Below the pieces are notes generated by a model. The model saw only the letters and a list, made by a program, of their open reading frames with translations. It was not told the DNA's origin and ran no database searches. A stretch of 64,000 nt of DNA from the human T2T-CHM13v2.0 reference genome, Homo sapiens. Below are positions 25,443 to 38,551 of this stretch, piece after piece. Within the stretch, counting starts at the first letter, position 1. Each line of letters begins with the position of its first letter. The position numbers were made by a program, and so were the translations under genes. The stretch is taken from contig CP086569.2 of NCBI GenBank assembly GCA_009914755.4, positions 18,720,001 through 18,784,000 of the forward strand, given 5' to 3'.

Positions 25443-28400
25443 GGTGTAACCTTAAGGATAGAATAGAAACGGAGGATTGGGATAAGGTTTACAATTGCAG
25501 AAAAAGTTCAGGATTAGATTGAGGGTTAGGGCTGGGCTTGAAATAAGATTTAGTGTTGTGGTAGGATTAGGGTTCGAGTTAGAGTTAAGATTAGGTTTAT
25601 GGGTTAGGGTTGAGTTTAGGGCTAGGGGTCAGAATCAGCATTAGAGGTTAGGTTTGGGCTTGGGTTATGCTTAGGTTTAGGGTAAAAAGATAGGCTTCCA
25701 GTTAGAGGTTAGGAATTAGGGTCCTGGCCAGGGTTAGGGTTAGTATTAAGGTTTAGGGTGAGGGTAAGTGTTAGAGTATTTCAGTATTTGGGTTAGTGTT
25801 TAGCATTAGGATAGGGCTTAGGGTTACATGTAGGGTTAGAGTTCAGGGTTCTGGGTTAGGGTTTAGGGTTATTGTTAATGATAGTGATCAGCATTTATGG
25901 TTAGATGTTAGTGATAGTGTTGGGCATATGGTTAGGGTTTTTGATTTAAGTTTAGCATGACTGTTAAGGCTGAGTTTGTGTTGAGGTTGAGGTTAGTGGT
26001 CACGATTAGGGTAACTCTTAGGGTTCAGTTTAGAGTTTAGGATTAGGGTTAGGGTTAGGGTTTAGTGTTAGGGTTTGTTTAGTGTTAAGGTTAGGGGTTA
26101 ACATTTATTGTTAGTGTTAGTATTAAGGTTTTTGTAGAGTTAGGGGCTAAGATTAGGTTTAGGTTTAGGGTTTAGGTTTAATTAGGGTTACAGATTTTGC
26201 TTTAGGGCTAGGGTTAGTGTTAAAGGTTAGGTTTTCTGATTTAGGGTTCAGGTTATGATTAGGTTCAGTGTTTAGGATAAGAGTTATTTTTAGGTTTAGT
26301 GCTAAGGTTAAGATTATGTTAGAATTATGTTAGTTTCACTCTCAGGATAAGGGTATTAGGGTTAGTGTTAGTGTGAGTTTTAGAGTTATGGGTTGCAGTT
26401 AAAGCTACCTTCAGTGTTTTTGGGATTTGGGGATTTATAGTTGGAATTAGGGTTAGCTTTAGGTGGTAGTGTAAGGGTTCGGATTAGGGTTTGGGTGAGG
26501 GTTAGGTTTAGGATTCAGGATGAGGGTTAAAATTAGGGCAAGTGTTATGCTTAGTGTTAGGGTTATAATTAAAATGTTTGGTTTAGTGTTAAAATTTAGG
26601 ATTAGGGTTTAGTGTTAGTTTGTGGTTTAACATTGGGTGCCTGGTTGTGGTTGAGTTAGGGTTAGGATGATGGTCAAAGCGTTTGGCTAAAGATTAGGCT
26701 GAGGGTTAGTGTTAGGCTTAGAGTAGGGCTTTTGATGAGGTGTTAGTGTTAGAGTTAGGGTTTAGGGTTTGGCTAAAGGTTAGGGCATTGTTTAGGGTTA
26801 GTGTTATAATTAGGGTTAGGATTTGGGCTTAGGATTCTCTGTTTAGTGTAAAGTAGGGTTTATGTTTATGTTTGGGGTTGGTGTTCATGTAGGGGTAGGG
26901 TTAAGTTGAGGGTAAAAGGGTTAGGATTTGTGGTAAGGTTAGGCTTAGTGTTAGGCTTACTGTTAGGGCGTACATTTGGGGTTGGTGTTAGTGTTGAAGT
27001 TCGGGTTAGGATTTGGGGTAGGGATTAGGAATAGAGTTTTCAGTTAGTGTTAGGGTTTAGGATTAGTGTTGGGTATTAGCATTTTAGTTAGGGTTACAGT
27101 TAGAGACTAAGGTTTAGTTTAGCATTTAGGGTTAGGGTTTTGGTTTATGGATACAGTTACAGGTTACAGTTAAGAGTTTATGGTTTAGGATTAAGATTAT
27201 AGTTAGGTTTTAAGCTTTAGGTTTAGAGTTATGGTTTAGGCTTATTTTTATTAATGGGTTTAGAGTTAGGATGGTTTTAATGTTAAAGTTCTGGTTTCAT
27301 GCTTTTACAGTTAGGATTAGTGTTACTGTTAGGGTTATGTGTTGAGTTTGTGGTTAGGTGTAGTTTTTCAATGTTTTATTGCTAACATTAGGATTTCATT
27401 TGAAAATAAGGGGTTTGCTTTGGGTTATGTTTTCAAGGTTAGATTTTGGGTTAAGTGTTAGGGTTAGTATTTAGGGTGAGGATTACATTTAGGTTATCAG
27501 ATAGAGTAACTTTTATGTTTAGCGTTACAGGCTATGCGTTTAGTGTTTAGCGTACAGCGTTTACGTTACAGCGTTACAGGTTAAAATTCAGGGTTAGAGT
27601 TAGCTTTAGGATATAGAATTAGTGTTAGGGGTTAGAATTAGCGTTGGAGTTTAGTGGTTGTGGGTCTGTTGGTGTTACAGATAGGGCACAGTGTTAGAAT
27701 TAGGATTAAGATTAGAATTATTGTTTAATGTTATTTTTAGGGTTAGGGTAAGAGTAGATTAAGCTTTAGGGTTATAGTTATGGTGAGTGTTTAAATTTAG
27801 ATTAAGGGGTTAAGGTTATGTTTATTATTATGATTACAGTTGAGGTTACAATTATTGGTTAGAATTAGTGTTAGGGTGAGCATTAGGGTACAGATTGCAG
27901 TAACACATTAGGGTTAGAGTTAATGTTAGTAGTCAGGCTTAGGGTCAGGGGTTAGGATTAGGTATAGGGTTAGGGTTGACCTAAAGATTAATGTTAGGAT
28001 TAGGGTTTGGGTTTCATGTAACAGCTAGGTTTTGGTGTCATGTAGGTGTAGGGTTAGGGTAGTAATAAGAGTTTTAGCATTCAGGTCATGGGTTAGTATT
28101 AGACTTATTGTGAATGTTATGATCATGCTCAAAAAGCAGGTTTAGAAGTTAGAATTTAGGGTTAGATTTAGGGGTTGTTGTTAGTGTTAGGCTTAACGTT
28201 AGCTTTTGAGGGTTAGAGATGGTTTTTTTGTTTAGTGTTAGTGTTTTTGTCTTAGGGTTAGGGTTTTAGGGTTAAGGTTTTAGGCTTAGAGCTTAAGTTC
28301 AGGTTTCTGTAATGTTTGCATTACACTTGGATTAGGGTTATTTTCAGGGTCAGGGTCAAATTCAGGTTTAGCTGTTAGATTTAGGATTTAGAGTTGGGAT

Positions 28401-28558
28401 TTGTTTTGGGGTTTAGGTTTTGGTGAGTGGCTAGGCATAGAGTTGATGTTGGGGTCAAGTTTGTGGCTTAGAGTTGCTGTTAGTGTTAGGGATTCCTGCT
28501 TAGGATTCGGGTAGAGGCTGAGTTAAGGTTAATGTTATGATTAAGTTTAGGGTTACAG
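25443..28558 (+). repeat. About 3.1-kb heavily degenerated (TTAGGG)n-like array in a single orientation with the G-rich strand on +, an interstitial telomere-like sequence
   Basis: Essentially the whole interval is built of 6-nt units such as ttaggg, gttagg, ttaggt, tgaggg and ttagag. The best-preserved stretch is 'gattagggttagggttagggtttagtgttaggg' at about 26041-26075. No ORFs of 60 aa or more are reported here, consistent with TAG/TAA-rich hexamers. Unique sequence flanks both sides. Confidence 0.85.
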
Positions 28559-28839
28559 AAGGCACTGGGCAGCTGGCTAGTGTATTACATCATCACTCTT
28601 TTTTACAGAAGGGAGGACTGAGCCTTGCACCCAGAACTTTTCTGCGTCTAAGCTCAGGGCCATCTTAATGCTCATTGTGCAGCCTCATAGATTAGGAGCC
28701 AAAGGAAGTTGGCTTCTGAGGCCACAGCTTTTCTAAATGTCAACCCAGAGCTAACCAAATCCACAGTAGCTTGTGTTTGAGAATGGCAGGTGTTTTGAGG
28801 TAGTCTCTGGAAGGCCCAAAGGAAGGGAAGTGGGAAAAT

Positions 28840-29430
28840 GTGAAAGTAAAATGCTGCAGCTGCTGTGGAAAATAGTTTGGTGTTCTGCAAAAGCTAAATA
28901 TAAAATTACCATAGGACCCACAACATCCGCTCCAAGCTGTATATACAAAAAATGTAAAAGAGTTATTCAAAGAAAAACTTGTATACATATGTTCATAGCA
29001 GCATTCACAATAACTAAAATCTGGAAACACACCAAATAAATGTCCACCAGCAAAAAGTAAGAAGCAAAATGTAGTATGCCCATAGAATGGCATAATATTC
29101 AGCTGTGAAGAGGATGACAACTCTAATGCTACAATGTGAGGAAACTTCAAAGCAATTTTGGCTCAAGAAGGTGAAGACAAAAGTCACATAGTGTATGATT
29201 TTATTTATGTAAATATTTAGAATAAGTAAATCCATAGAGAAAAAAGTGCAGATCACTTGTTGCTGGTGTCAGAAAGAGGACAGATTGGGTAGGAGCTTCT
29301 TAATAAGTAGGGTATTTCCTTTTGGAATGATGAAAATAATTTGGAACTAAGATGCGGTTGTTGCCCACAAATATGCATGTACTAAAGATCACTAAGGAAT
29401 TCATTAACAAACAGTTAATTGTATATTATG
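28840..29430 (+). mobile_element. Old L1 (L1M-type) 3' end fragment
   Basis: Reads 'gctgtggaaaatagtttggtgttctgcaaaagctaaatataaaattaccataggacccacaacatccgctccaagctgtatatac...atgttcatagcagcattcacaataactaaaatctggaaacacaccaaataaatgtccaccagc', the L1 distal-ORF2 consensus. Confidence 0.6.
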
Positions 29431-29849
29431 TGAAGGAAATTGTCGTCACTAAAAAGACAAAATTTCTTCCTCAGCATTCTCTCAGCAATGTGAGCTCTCT
29501 TTCCACAGAGTGCTTGTAGCATGGGGTTCTGGTCCGTCCACAGCCCAGAACTACCTGGGGCCAGGCCAGCCACATACTAGACATGAACTCCCGCCACCCT
29601 GTCCAGCAGCTCCTCGACCTGTTACCAGTGGAAGTTATCTGAGTTACTGGTGTCAAATCTATCATGGTCTGCAGTAACTTAAACTCTTCCCTCCTCAGAA
29701 GAAAGGATTTGACTGAGGGGAATAAAGTAGCAAAGGAGACTGAGAAAAGTTTCCCAGCAAACATGGAAGTTTATTTAAAAAGTTTTAGAGTAAGAAAATG
29801 GAGAGTGCCCTTGGGAGAGATCCAACTGGTTGATTTGAACATATACCAT

Positions 29850-30330
29850 ATATATGTCTTGCAAATATTTTGTCCCATGCTGTTGGTTCTCTTTCCACTA
29901 TGCTGACAGTGTCCTTTCATGCACAAAAGTGTTTAGTTTTGATGAAGTTCAGTTGATCTATATTTTCTTATGTTTTGTGTTCATTCAGTAATATAGCCAA
30001 GAAATCATTTACAGATCCACAGCCAAAAAGCACATGAAAAGATGTTCAAAATCACTAGCCACTTAATACATGAATATCTAAATGAGAATAAGATTACCAC
30101 TTTATCTCCATTGGAATTTTTTATTTTATTTTTTAAGGAAAAGTTTGAGAGTATGTGGAGAAATTAGAACCCTTGTACATTGCTGGTGAGATGGTGAAAT
30201 GGTGGCAATGGTTGCACAAATTGAGCATAGTTAAATAGTTAATGCTTCCAAATTATACACTCAAAAATGTTTGAAATGGTACATTTGTTTACGTATGTTT
30301 TTCCAATGATGACAAAAGCTTCCTCAGAAA
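29850..30330. mobile_element. Old L1M fragments: an antisense ORF2 piece at about 29850-30020 followed by a sense ORF2 piece at about 30020-30330
   Basis: Antisense piece: 'tcttgcaaatattttgtcccatgctgttggttctctttccactatgctgacagtgtcctttcatgcacaaaagtgtttagttttgatgaagttc'. Sense piece: 'aaaagcacatgaaaagatgttcaaaatcactagccacttaat...gtatgtggagaaattagaacccttgtacattgctggtgagatggtgaaatggtg'. Confidence 0.5.
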
Positions 30331-31940
30331 TCATCCTAAAATAGTTGCATGTGTCATGAAAGAAGACGCTCTTCTCCTATCATGAGTAGAAGCGTATTTA
30401 TTTATTCATGCTGGTATACACACTCCTGACTCTTCCACACCCCCAGCGTGATCTCATCAAGCAGAGTGAGTCCCTTCTCATCTGGCCCATTTGTGCTCCT
30501 TTCCATCACTGCATTCTCCTTTTCAACTCACTACCTGCCCACTAAAAACAACTGTAAATTACCTTGTCTGTTTACCATCTCTGTAAACATTTCTTCTCTG
30601 TAATGTAATAGAAATGAAATCATACAATATGTCATCTCCTCAGACTGGCTTTTATCACTTAGCTTCATGTATGCCTGATTCATCCATGGCTTTGCGTGAC
30701 TTCATAAATCACTCCTTTTCTTTTGATGAATAGTATTTCATTTTATGAATTTACCTGGCTTGGTTAATATTGAAAGGCATCCTGATTCCTTCAAGTATTT
30801 TGCCATTGTCAAGAGAGCAGTTATACATAAGTGCATGTGGTTTTGAGTTAGATGTGACTTTCCAAATCAGTTGTCTAAATACCTAAGTGTGCAATTGTTA
30901 GCCTATATGATGAGACCATGATTGCCTTTGGAAAAAACTGCCAAACTGTGGCAGAAGAAGACAACCATATTTTAAAGTTGCTGTACCATTTTGCCTTCCA
31001 TCGGCAATGAATGAGATTTCCTGTTGCAGTTTTGATTACATTTAAAAAGAAATTTAGATATAGTATAGCTGTTTAGTGCTCTCACTTTTATTTTATTTTG
31101 CCTTCCCTGAATGGAAGGTGTTGTTGAGCACTGTTTTGTTGTTATCATTTGTTCATTAATCTGTGATTGCTGCCAAAAAGCATACATGCGTTGTGCCACA
31201 GAAAACCAATTTTTAAAAAAAGTACTCTATGCTTTACCTGGTAAAAACTAATAAAATTTTTCTAGTCCACATAGTCATTTATCTTGCCATTTTTTCTAAT
31301 CTTATGGTGACTACAAGAAAAGAGTGAACTGTAGCTAATAAGAGAATGTGGTGTATTGTCGTGATTTTTCACTGTGTAAAAGTCCCTTTCACTCAAGTGA
31401 TTTCTTTATGGATTTCAAGGCAGCAACAAGAACGTGTAGAGTACAAACTAGTCTCTGTTGGAATTGACAAAAAGCTCTGATCTCAGTTTCTCTACATATC
31501 TTGCCATGCTGAATCATTGACAAAAATACAAAAATTAGAACTATGAAGGTTTTGGTTCTTAAACCTGCCCCTACAAAAGTAGGCCAAAATTTGAAATCAC
31601 ATGTGTTTGGTCTGTTAGTTTTTCATCTTTCACAAAACATTCCACTGCATCAGAATTCAATTTGAAGACTGAGATTCATTTAATAGTGTTTTACTTATTG
31701 TTGTTTCTTTTTGTGTTTGGATATCACAGGTAAAACGTCTGATTACTTCAACATTACACATTTTAAATAATAAAAGCCAGAAAGAATGACAGATGAAATT
31801 AATCCCATGAATTTTTAATGACTTGCTATTTGGTTTTTACTTATTACTGTTACTGTGTTTTCTGTCTTGAGAATACCAAAATAGTAATGCATTGTACCAA
31901 GCATTCTAAAATAACTGCCTAAAAGGGTAATTGAATCATT

Positions 31941-32243
31941 TTTTTTCTTTTCTTTTTTTTTGGAGATGGAGTCTTCCTCTGTTCCCATAGCTGGAGTGCA
32001 ATGACGTGATCTCGGCTCCGGTAACCTCAGCTTCCTGGATTCGTGCAATTCTCCTCTCTTAGCTTCCTGAGGATCTGGGATTACAGGACTCAGCCACCAC
32101 TGCTGGCTAACTTTTGTATTTTTGGTAGAGAGCTTGTTTCACCATGTTGATCAGGATGATCTCAAACACCTGACTTAAGGACATCCACCTGGCTCTACCT
32201 CCCAAAGTGCTGGGATTACAGGTATGAACCACCATGTCTGGCC
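31941..32243 (-). mobile_element. Alu, minus strand
   Basis: T-rich start then 'ggagatggagtcttcctctgttcccatagctggagtgcaatgacgtgatctcggctc' and ending 'cctcccaaagtgctgggattacaggtatgaaccaccatgtctggcc'. Confidence 0.9.
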
Positions 32244-32775
32244 ATGCCAATTCTTTTATTTCTTTATGGAGACAACTGTAGGTTGAAAGCCATCTTTCCT
32301 AATACTTGTCAGTGCCTCAAGATTGTTAGGATAAAAATAAAATTTCCAACCAAAGGATACTTGTTGGTATCCAGAGTTTTAAGAAAAGTTGAGAAATAAA
32401 ATATCCAGCTTCTGGCTCCTTCCCAGTGAGCATGCTCAATGTCTGGGGAATCCTTGGAACCTGGAGGAAGGGTAGAGCTGGGGTAGGTGGGGATGATCTT
32501 TGGAGCCACTGTCACTGTGGCAGCCACTGTTGCTCCTCAGGAAATGGCTTGGAGCCTCAGCCTTCAGAAGAAGTAACAAGGGCTCAGCAAGCAGTATTTT
32601 GTGTGCCAGATTTTCCATCTTCGTATCTTTTTTGCTGCTGTACCTACTGAGGTCTCTATCATTAATTTGGTCATCTTATTTCTTTGTACATTTTAACTGA
32701 AAGTCACTTCTCAGATGTGTTCCCTAAATTTTTCTCAGCCTACACCTTGTTTGTTTGATTCTCTTAACCTGAACA

Positions 32776-32994
32776 TATTTTTTTTCTTCTTTTTGTTTTT
32801 TTTTGCCTTTTTTGAGATGGAGTCACACGCTGTCACCCAGTCTGGGGTGCAAAGCCGTGATTTTGGCCCACTGCAAACTTTGTCTACTAGGTTGAAGGGA
32901 TTCTTCTGCCTCAGTTTCCTGAGTAGCTTGGATTGCATGTGCCTGCCAACAAGCCCAACTTTTTTTTTTCTTTTGTATTTTTAATAGAGACAGT
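32776..32994 (-). mobile_element. Alu partial copy (right arm)
   Basis: Reads 'ttttgagatggagtcacacgctgtcacccagtctggggtgcaaagccgtgattttggcccactgcaaac...gcctcagtttcctgagtagcttggattgcatgtgcctgccaacaagcccaac'. Confidence 0.7.
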
Positions 32995-32999
32995 GTGGC

Positions 33000-35900
33000 A
33001 GTCAGTTACTATGGGATGAAACAAAGGGGGTTGAATGCAGAAATGAAGACAAAGACAAAAAATATTTGTTTTAAAAGAGGGGTCAGGGGGCTCATTTCTT
33101 CTAGTCAGCAAAGGCCCTGAGCTTCTACAGGCCTTCATATTTATTAGGCAGAATCAACAGGGAGGAAAGGTAATTGTTGGTCAGCTGCTTGATTTATCAC
33201 AGGCTCACATAATTGCTTTCTTTGTACTACAGACTTCAGATGTTCCTATATATAACCACAAGAAATACTATGCTTGGGGCATGACTGCCCTCAGTATTCC
33301 TTCTGGCACCAGACGTGGTGTGTCAGGTTATGAAAATGCTGCTTTCATGAGAACAGTTTGCTCTCTGCTCATAGACCCTCCACTCATTATTGAGTTGGTC
33401 ACAACCCTTATTCTTTTGGCCTCCAACATCTCCATTTTGTTTTTGCATTAACTGAGTACAGGTGATTGCAGGCTGTGCAGCTCTCAATTGCTGTTTGGTG
33501 GTCCAGCTGCTTTTACTGACAATGAGCATAAAACAGAGACATAATAACATTACTCCGATAATCACAAAAAAGACATTGAGGTGATGTTTGGAGGAGGTCC
33601 AAGGGTTAAGGCTCTCTACACCTTGCTGGAATTCTGTGCAAGTTTTCAGACATGACTGAAATACTTGAGTATGCTTATTCAAGTTAAGAATTGCACATGT
33701 ACCCTAAAACTTAACGTATAATAAAAAAAAGAAAAAAAAAGAATTTTACTTTGTTAATCATTAATATCAAAAGTAACATTGTATGTGAAAGCCCCATGTA
33801 AATGGACCTTTACAAGGTTCTATGGATATTCACTTTGGTTTTATTCCAAATTAGTTACACAAATATGAGTATGCTTAAAATGACAATGCAATTGCTGCTG
33901 CAACTACAAGTTTGTTCTTGTTTTCCTAGCCACAGAACTGTAGTCTTTAACATTGCTGCTTCTGTGTGTATCTCAGTGTTAAGTTTATTTTTAAGCATCC
34001 ATGCCTGGTCGGCTGTACACATCCAATTTTCTACATATTGAGCTGTCTGAATGGAGCTCTACATCGCTACTAAGGATGACACAACAGAAATTATTAGTGT
34101 TCCTAAGGAGACTTTCACAATTATTTTCATGCCTAAGGCTCTACAAGCACAATGAGTAAGCTGAGTAAGAAAAAGATTTACAAAATGGAAAGCAGAGGTG
34201 GCCACCCAAGGCTCAGGCAGATTTACAGGAATCCATAATCTGGGATTGCAACCTAAAATTACTAGGGTGGATATGCTATATGTTTGTACTGTGCTATGGT
34301 TTAGGGAATAATACAGTTGACAAGAATCACAAGTCAACTGGGCATCGTTTAACTGGAGTTGGTCCATTTTGCTGCTAGAAAAACATAAGTTTAAAAACAC
34401 AAAATGTAAATTGAGTGGTAATATTTTCTACAGAGTTAACATTGCAACTGCATTCAGCACAATTACTATAATTAGATAGTGTTCGAAGACAAATGCTGCC
34501 ATTCATATAGTGGAGTGCTGCCTTCCCTATCGACTCTTGAATTGTACGTTTCTTTCCTTGATAATGTCATTGAGGCAAAGTTGGGCTAAAGCCTGTTCCA
34601 CGCCAAGAGAAACTTGCTGCAGATTGGGATTGAATCCCAGTGCAGTGTAGTGAAGGGATGCTAACCTGTGTCAGCGAAGTTTATGCCATGAGGTCGGAGT
34701 CTCATCTCTCCCATCTAAGTGACCACAGGGACCCAGAAAATAATGTCTCCCATTAGCATGAACTGTTCTCTAGCTAGGGTGCCAAGACACTGGGTCCAAT
34801 GAGGGGGGTAAGAATTATCAAAGGGAGCCCATTCTGTATAATTAATAGAATTTTGGGGATGGGGCTGGGAGTGGTTATTATCTACACCAGTAATGTTAAT
34901 AAAGCTAAGGCCTAATAGGTACATAATTTTTCCATGGTAACTTAACCATACTTGGGATTAATTTGCAAGGCCACTGCAGTTGAGTGATGTACCCTGGGTG
35001 ATGCATAAAGGAAGTCCCTCCAATGGCACAGCATAATTGATAATCATTGTTCTGAGAGTCTAATTACTGTTTGTCAGGGGGTGTTTGGGGTCCTGGTGCC
35101 CATCCTCCATGATCATGATAGATGTCAGGGGGAGTGTCACTCCATATTACACTCCATAATACTGGGGGATTGGGAATATATGTCCAATATGTTTTTGTCT
35201 CTGCACAAGGAAAACCTACTGGCCAGGATGTTACAGGTAGCATGGCCATAAACGTGAGGTCAGGGTTGTTTGCCTGACCCTGGTGCTCCAGCAATTTCAA
35301 CTGACTCATGGCTTGTAACAGAGGAGCCGGATCCACAGTTGGGATCCATGGCTCTTTCCACTCTCCCGTTACATGGTCACAAACACATTGAGGGCACCCA
35401 CACAGTTTATCCATCTCCTGTAAAAACACAAGCATACCCTTGTCCTTACATCAGTAAATCTACTGAGCCATTCCATCGTCCTTGGGGGGATTTTCATAAT
35501 ATCTTTGGGTATACTTTCCTTTTTCCCTATAACATTTACCAGTGTCATTCTGCCATAGTCTTACTATCTGTACCAGGAGACAAAAAATTTAAACGAAGTG
35601 AAAAAAAAATTAAAGTAAAAATAAATGTATTTTGTTTGAGGTGGTAACTGGTCTCCTGTTTCCCCTTTCTGTTTTTTTCAGCACGCGTTGTACTGTTCAA
35701 TTTGACTGCTCTTTAATTCCTTGTCCTTGGGGGTTGTAAGGAATTCCTGTTTTATGAGTGATTGACCATAGCTGTAATAAATTTTAAAAAGCATGACTAA
35801 CATAAGCGTGTCCATTGTCAGTTTTTAATTGCCTAGGAACCCCCATATGAGCACATGATGACAGACAATGTCATTGTAAATAACCAGCTGTTTGACCTGG

Positions 35901-37790
35901 TTTGCATGTAGCATGCCGCATGTGAGAATAAGTGTCTATAGTCCCATGAACAAAGGCGAGCTTGCCAATGACAGCTTTGTGAGTAACATCCATCTGTCAG
36001 ATTTCATTTGAAGCTAAGTCTCATGGGTTACAGCCTTCTATGGGTGTGACTCCAGTGACATGCTGGCAAGTAGGACAGGCTTGTACAGGCTGCAGCCTGG
36101 CTGTTAGGCAAATGAAACATACGAGTAAAGACAGAGTTTTGATGCAGTAATACAGGAGAAAGTTGAGCTTGTTGAAATGCAGAACAAATCAATTTATTGG
36201 CTCCATTATTACCTAGAAATAGTGGTGTAGGGAGTTGTGTGGGAGAGCAGATATGAGAGATATAAAAAGCAGCATGAGAGCAAACAGCTTGTTGAAGCCT
36301 TAGAAACAAGTTAAACATCTCTGGTTCTAGGGTGCTTTTAATAGTGGCAGTCCCAATATGACCGGCTACATTTACAACATAGGCTGAATCATAGAGAGTG
36401 TTAATAAGAGATGAACCAGTGAGCTCTAAAACCTGATTAAGTTCCATTAGTTCTGAGCATTGAGCTGAAACTCTGGGTTTTTTTTTTTTTTATTGTAGGA
36501 GCATGCTTAGTACTATAAGTAGCTTTGCGAGCTTTGGAAGAGCCATCAGTAAAATAGGTCTGGCTGCCTGAAATGGGCTTGTGATGAGGAATCACAGGGA
36601 AGATGAAAGGTTGAGTTTTTAAAATTGCAAAATTTTGTCTGATGGATAAAGTTTATGTATTATTCCTACATAATCTGAAAGAGCAATTTGACACACAGTC
36701 AACAATTCCCATGATGCAACTGTTGTTGGGAATCCAATATTTTTCCTCATACTTTTAGACTGGCTCTAAAAGGAGAACAGTAATTTTGTCTGGATCATAT
36801 CTCTTAAGCATTTTTGATCTACCCCTACCCCTTGTTATAAATTGAGTAGTTAAAGAAAGATAAACTTGCAGAGATTTTACTCTCTGATTGAATTTCAAAA
36901 AAAGCCATTCTATCACAATTGCATATTTTTCTATGATCTGTCCTAAAAGTCCTTTTGGAGAATGGCGGGGTAGAAAGAACAAAGAGAACCAAAGGCTTTT
37001 GTGGCTGTGGCTGGGAGGCATGTGTTTGCTGAAGAATCTGCACTACAAGGTGTAACTCAGCTTCAGCCTCCTTAGTAAGTTGCTGGAGCAACGGGTTTGT
37101 CTCCTAAGCCCATTACTCCTAGTGAAGAATCTCCATGGATGATCTGAGTGTTTGAGTTGATGAGTAGCAATACCTAGGATTGGGCACAGCCAATTTATGT
37201 CTCCTAATAGTTGTTGGAAATCACTGAAGGTTTGTGATCTGTCCCTACAGAGGACTACTTTCTGAGGTCGAATATTTGTTTCAGTAACAATAGTGCCTAA
37301 GTATTGGTATGGGGAGGTTGTTTCTACCTTTTGTTGAACTATTTTGAGATGTCCCCCTGTTTTGCTTCTCTCAATATTTGGTGTAATCACTCTTCCATTG
37401 GAGCAGCCAAAAGGATTTCATCCATATAATGAATGATGTAGGCAGTAGGAAATATATTACGAGGCTCCTTTAAGGACTGTCCTACAAAACGCTGAAATAG
37501 TGTAGGACCGATGAGCATGCTTTGGGGCAAAACTTCGCTTATCCTTCTCATGTAAGGGTGTGGTAAGGAAATAATCTTTAAGATCTACTACTATGAGAGG
37601 TGAGTCACTTGGAATGGCTGCCAGTAATGGCAGACCTTGCTGTAATGCACCTATTGGTTTAATCTGTGCATTAATAGCTCTCAGATCACGTAGAAATTTG
37701 TGGGCAAAATGGTCTGTTTTTATATACTAAAATTTGCTGAAACTTTACACTTGTGTTCATGCTACTTAATATTTTAAATTGTCTGTGTGT
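33000..37790 (-). mobile_element. Class-I (gamma-retrovirus-like) ERV internal region on the minus strand: env (33.3-35.5 kb), pol RNaseH/IN-like (about 36.0-36.5 kb), pol RT (about 37.0-37.7 kb). Degenerate.
   Basis: Minus-strand translations resemble the gammaretroviral env TM C-terminus (33323-33682: '...QQGVESLNPWTSSKHHLNVFFVIIGVMLLCLCFMLIVSKSSWTTKQQL...' versus the MLV TM '[45 protein letters not shown]'). They also resemble the RT thumb/connection (37043-37390: 'YQYLG...FSDFQQLLGDINWLCPILG' versus 'VKYLGY...[20 protein letters not shown]') and carry an RNaseH-like 'LELTGSSL...YVVNVAG' at 36028-36447. Confidence 0.55.
33323..33682 (-). pseudogene. ERV env transmembrane-subunit C-terminal remnant, a 119-aa open frame
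   Basis: The ORF-track protein aligns by eye to the gammaretroviral TM membrane-spanning and cytoplasmic tail. No upstream SU/TM continuity, so not a gene. Confidence 0.45.
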
Positions 37791-38503
37791 GTATGTACAT
37801 ACACATATATATACACATACACATATATGATATGTGTATATATACATACATCTATATACACATACACATATATGATATGTGTATATATACGTACATCTAT
37901 ATACACATACCAGCGTGTATAGGTATACATACATAAACTCTGGGTATTATATGTGTTTGTATTACATTCATATATATATATACACACATTCATATGTATA
38001 TGTGTGTATATATCTACATATACATGTTTGTGTGTATACATATACATATATGTATATGTGTGTATATATGTATAGTTGTGTGTATATACACATATACACA
38101 TATGCACACACGTATGTGTGTGTATATCTGTATGTAATAACATATATGTAATACCCAGAGTTTATGTATGTATATCTATACACTCTGGTATGTGTATATA
38201 CATGGTACTTGTATACGTATGTATATACATATACACATACACACACATATGTATGCGTATATATTACACATGTGCATATATATACAAACATACACACACA
38301 GATATGTGTGTATATGTAAGTATATATGTATTCTCTGTTTATATGTGTATGTATATATACGCATACACACATATGTGTATATATTACATACACATACATA
38401 TATACACATATGTGTGTGTATATATGTGTGTATATGTGTGTATATGTGTGTATATGTGTAATTCCTAATTACGTGTGTGTGTGTGTGTATATATATGTAT
38501 GTA

Positions 38504-38551
<48 letters not shown>

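Noticed and set aside
25443-28558. Whether the TTAGGG-like array is a CRISPR-like or other prokaryotic spaced repeat
   Set aside because: The units are contiguous 6-mers without spacers, degenerate rather than exact, and sit in eukaryotic repeat context. This is telomere-type satellite, not a CRISPR array.
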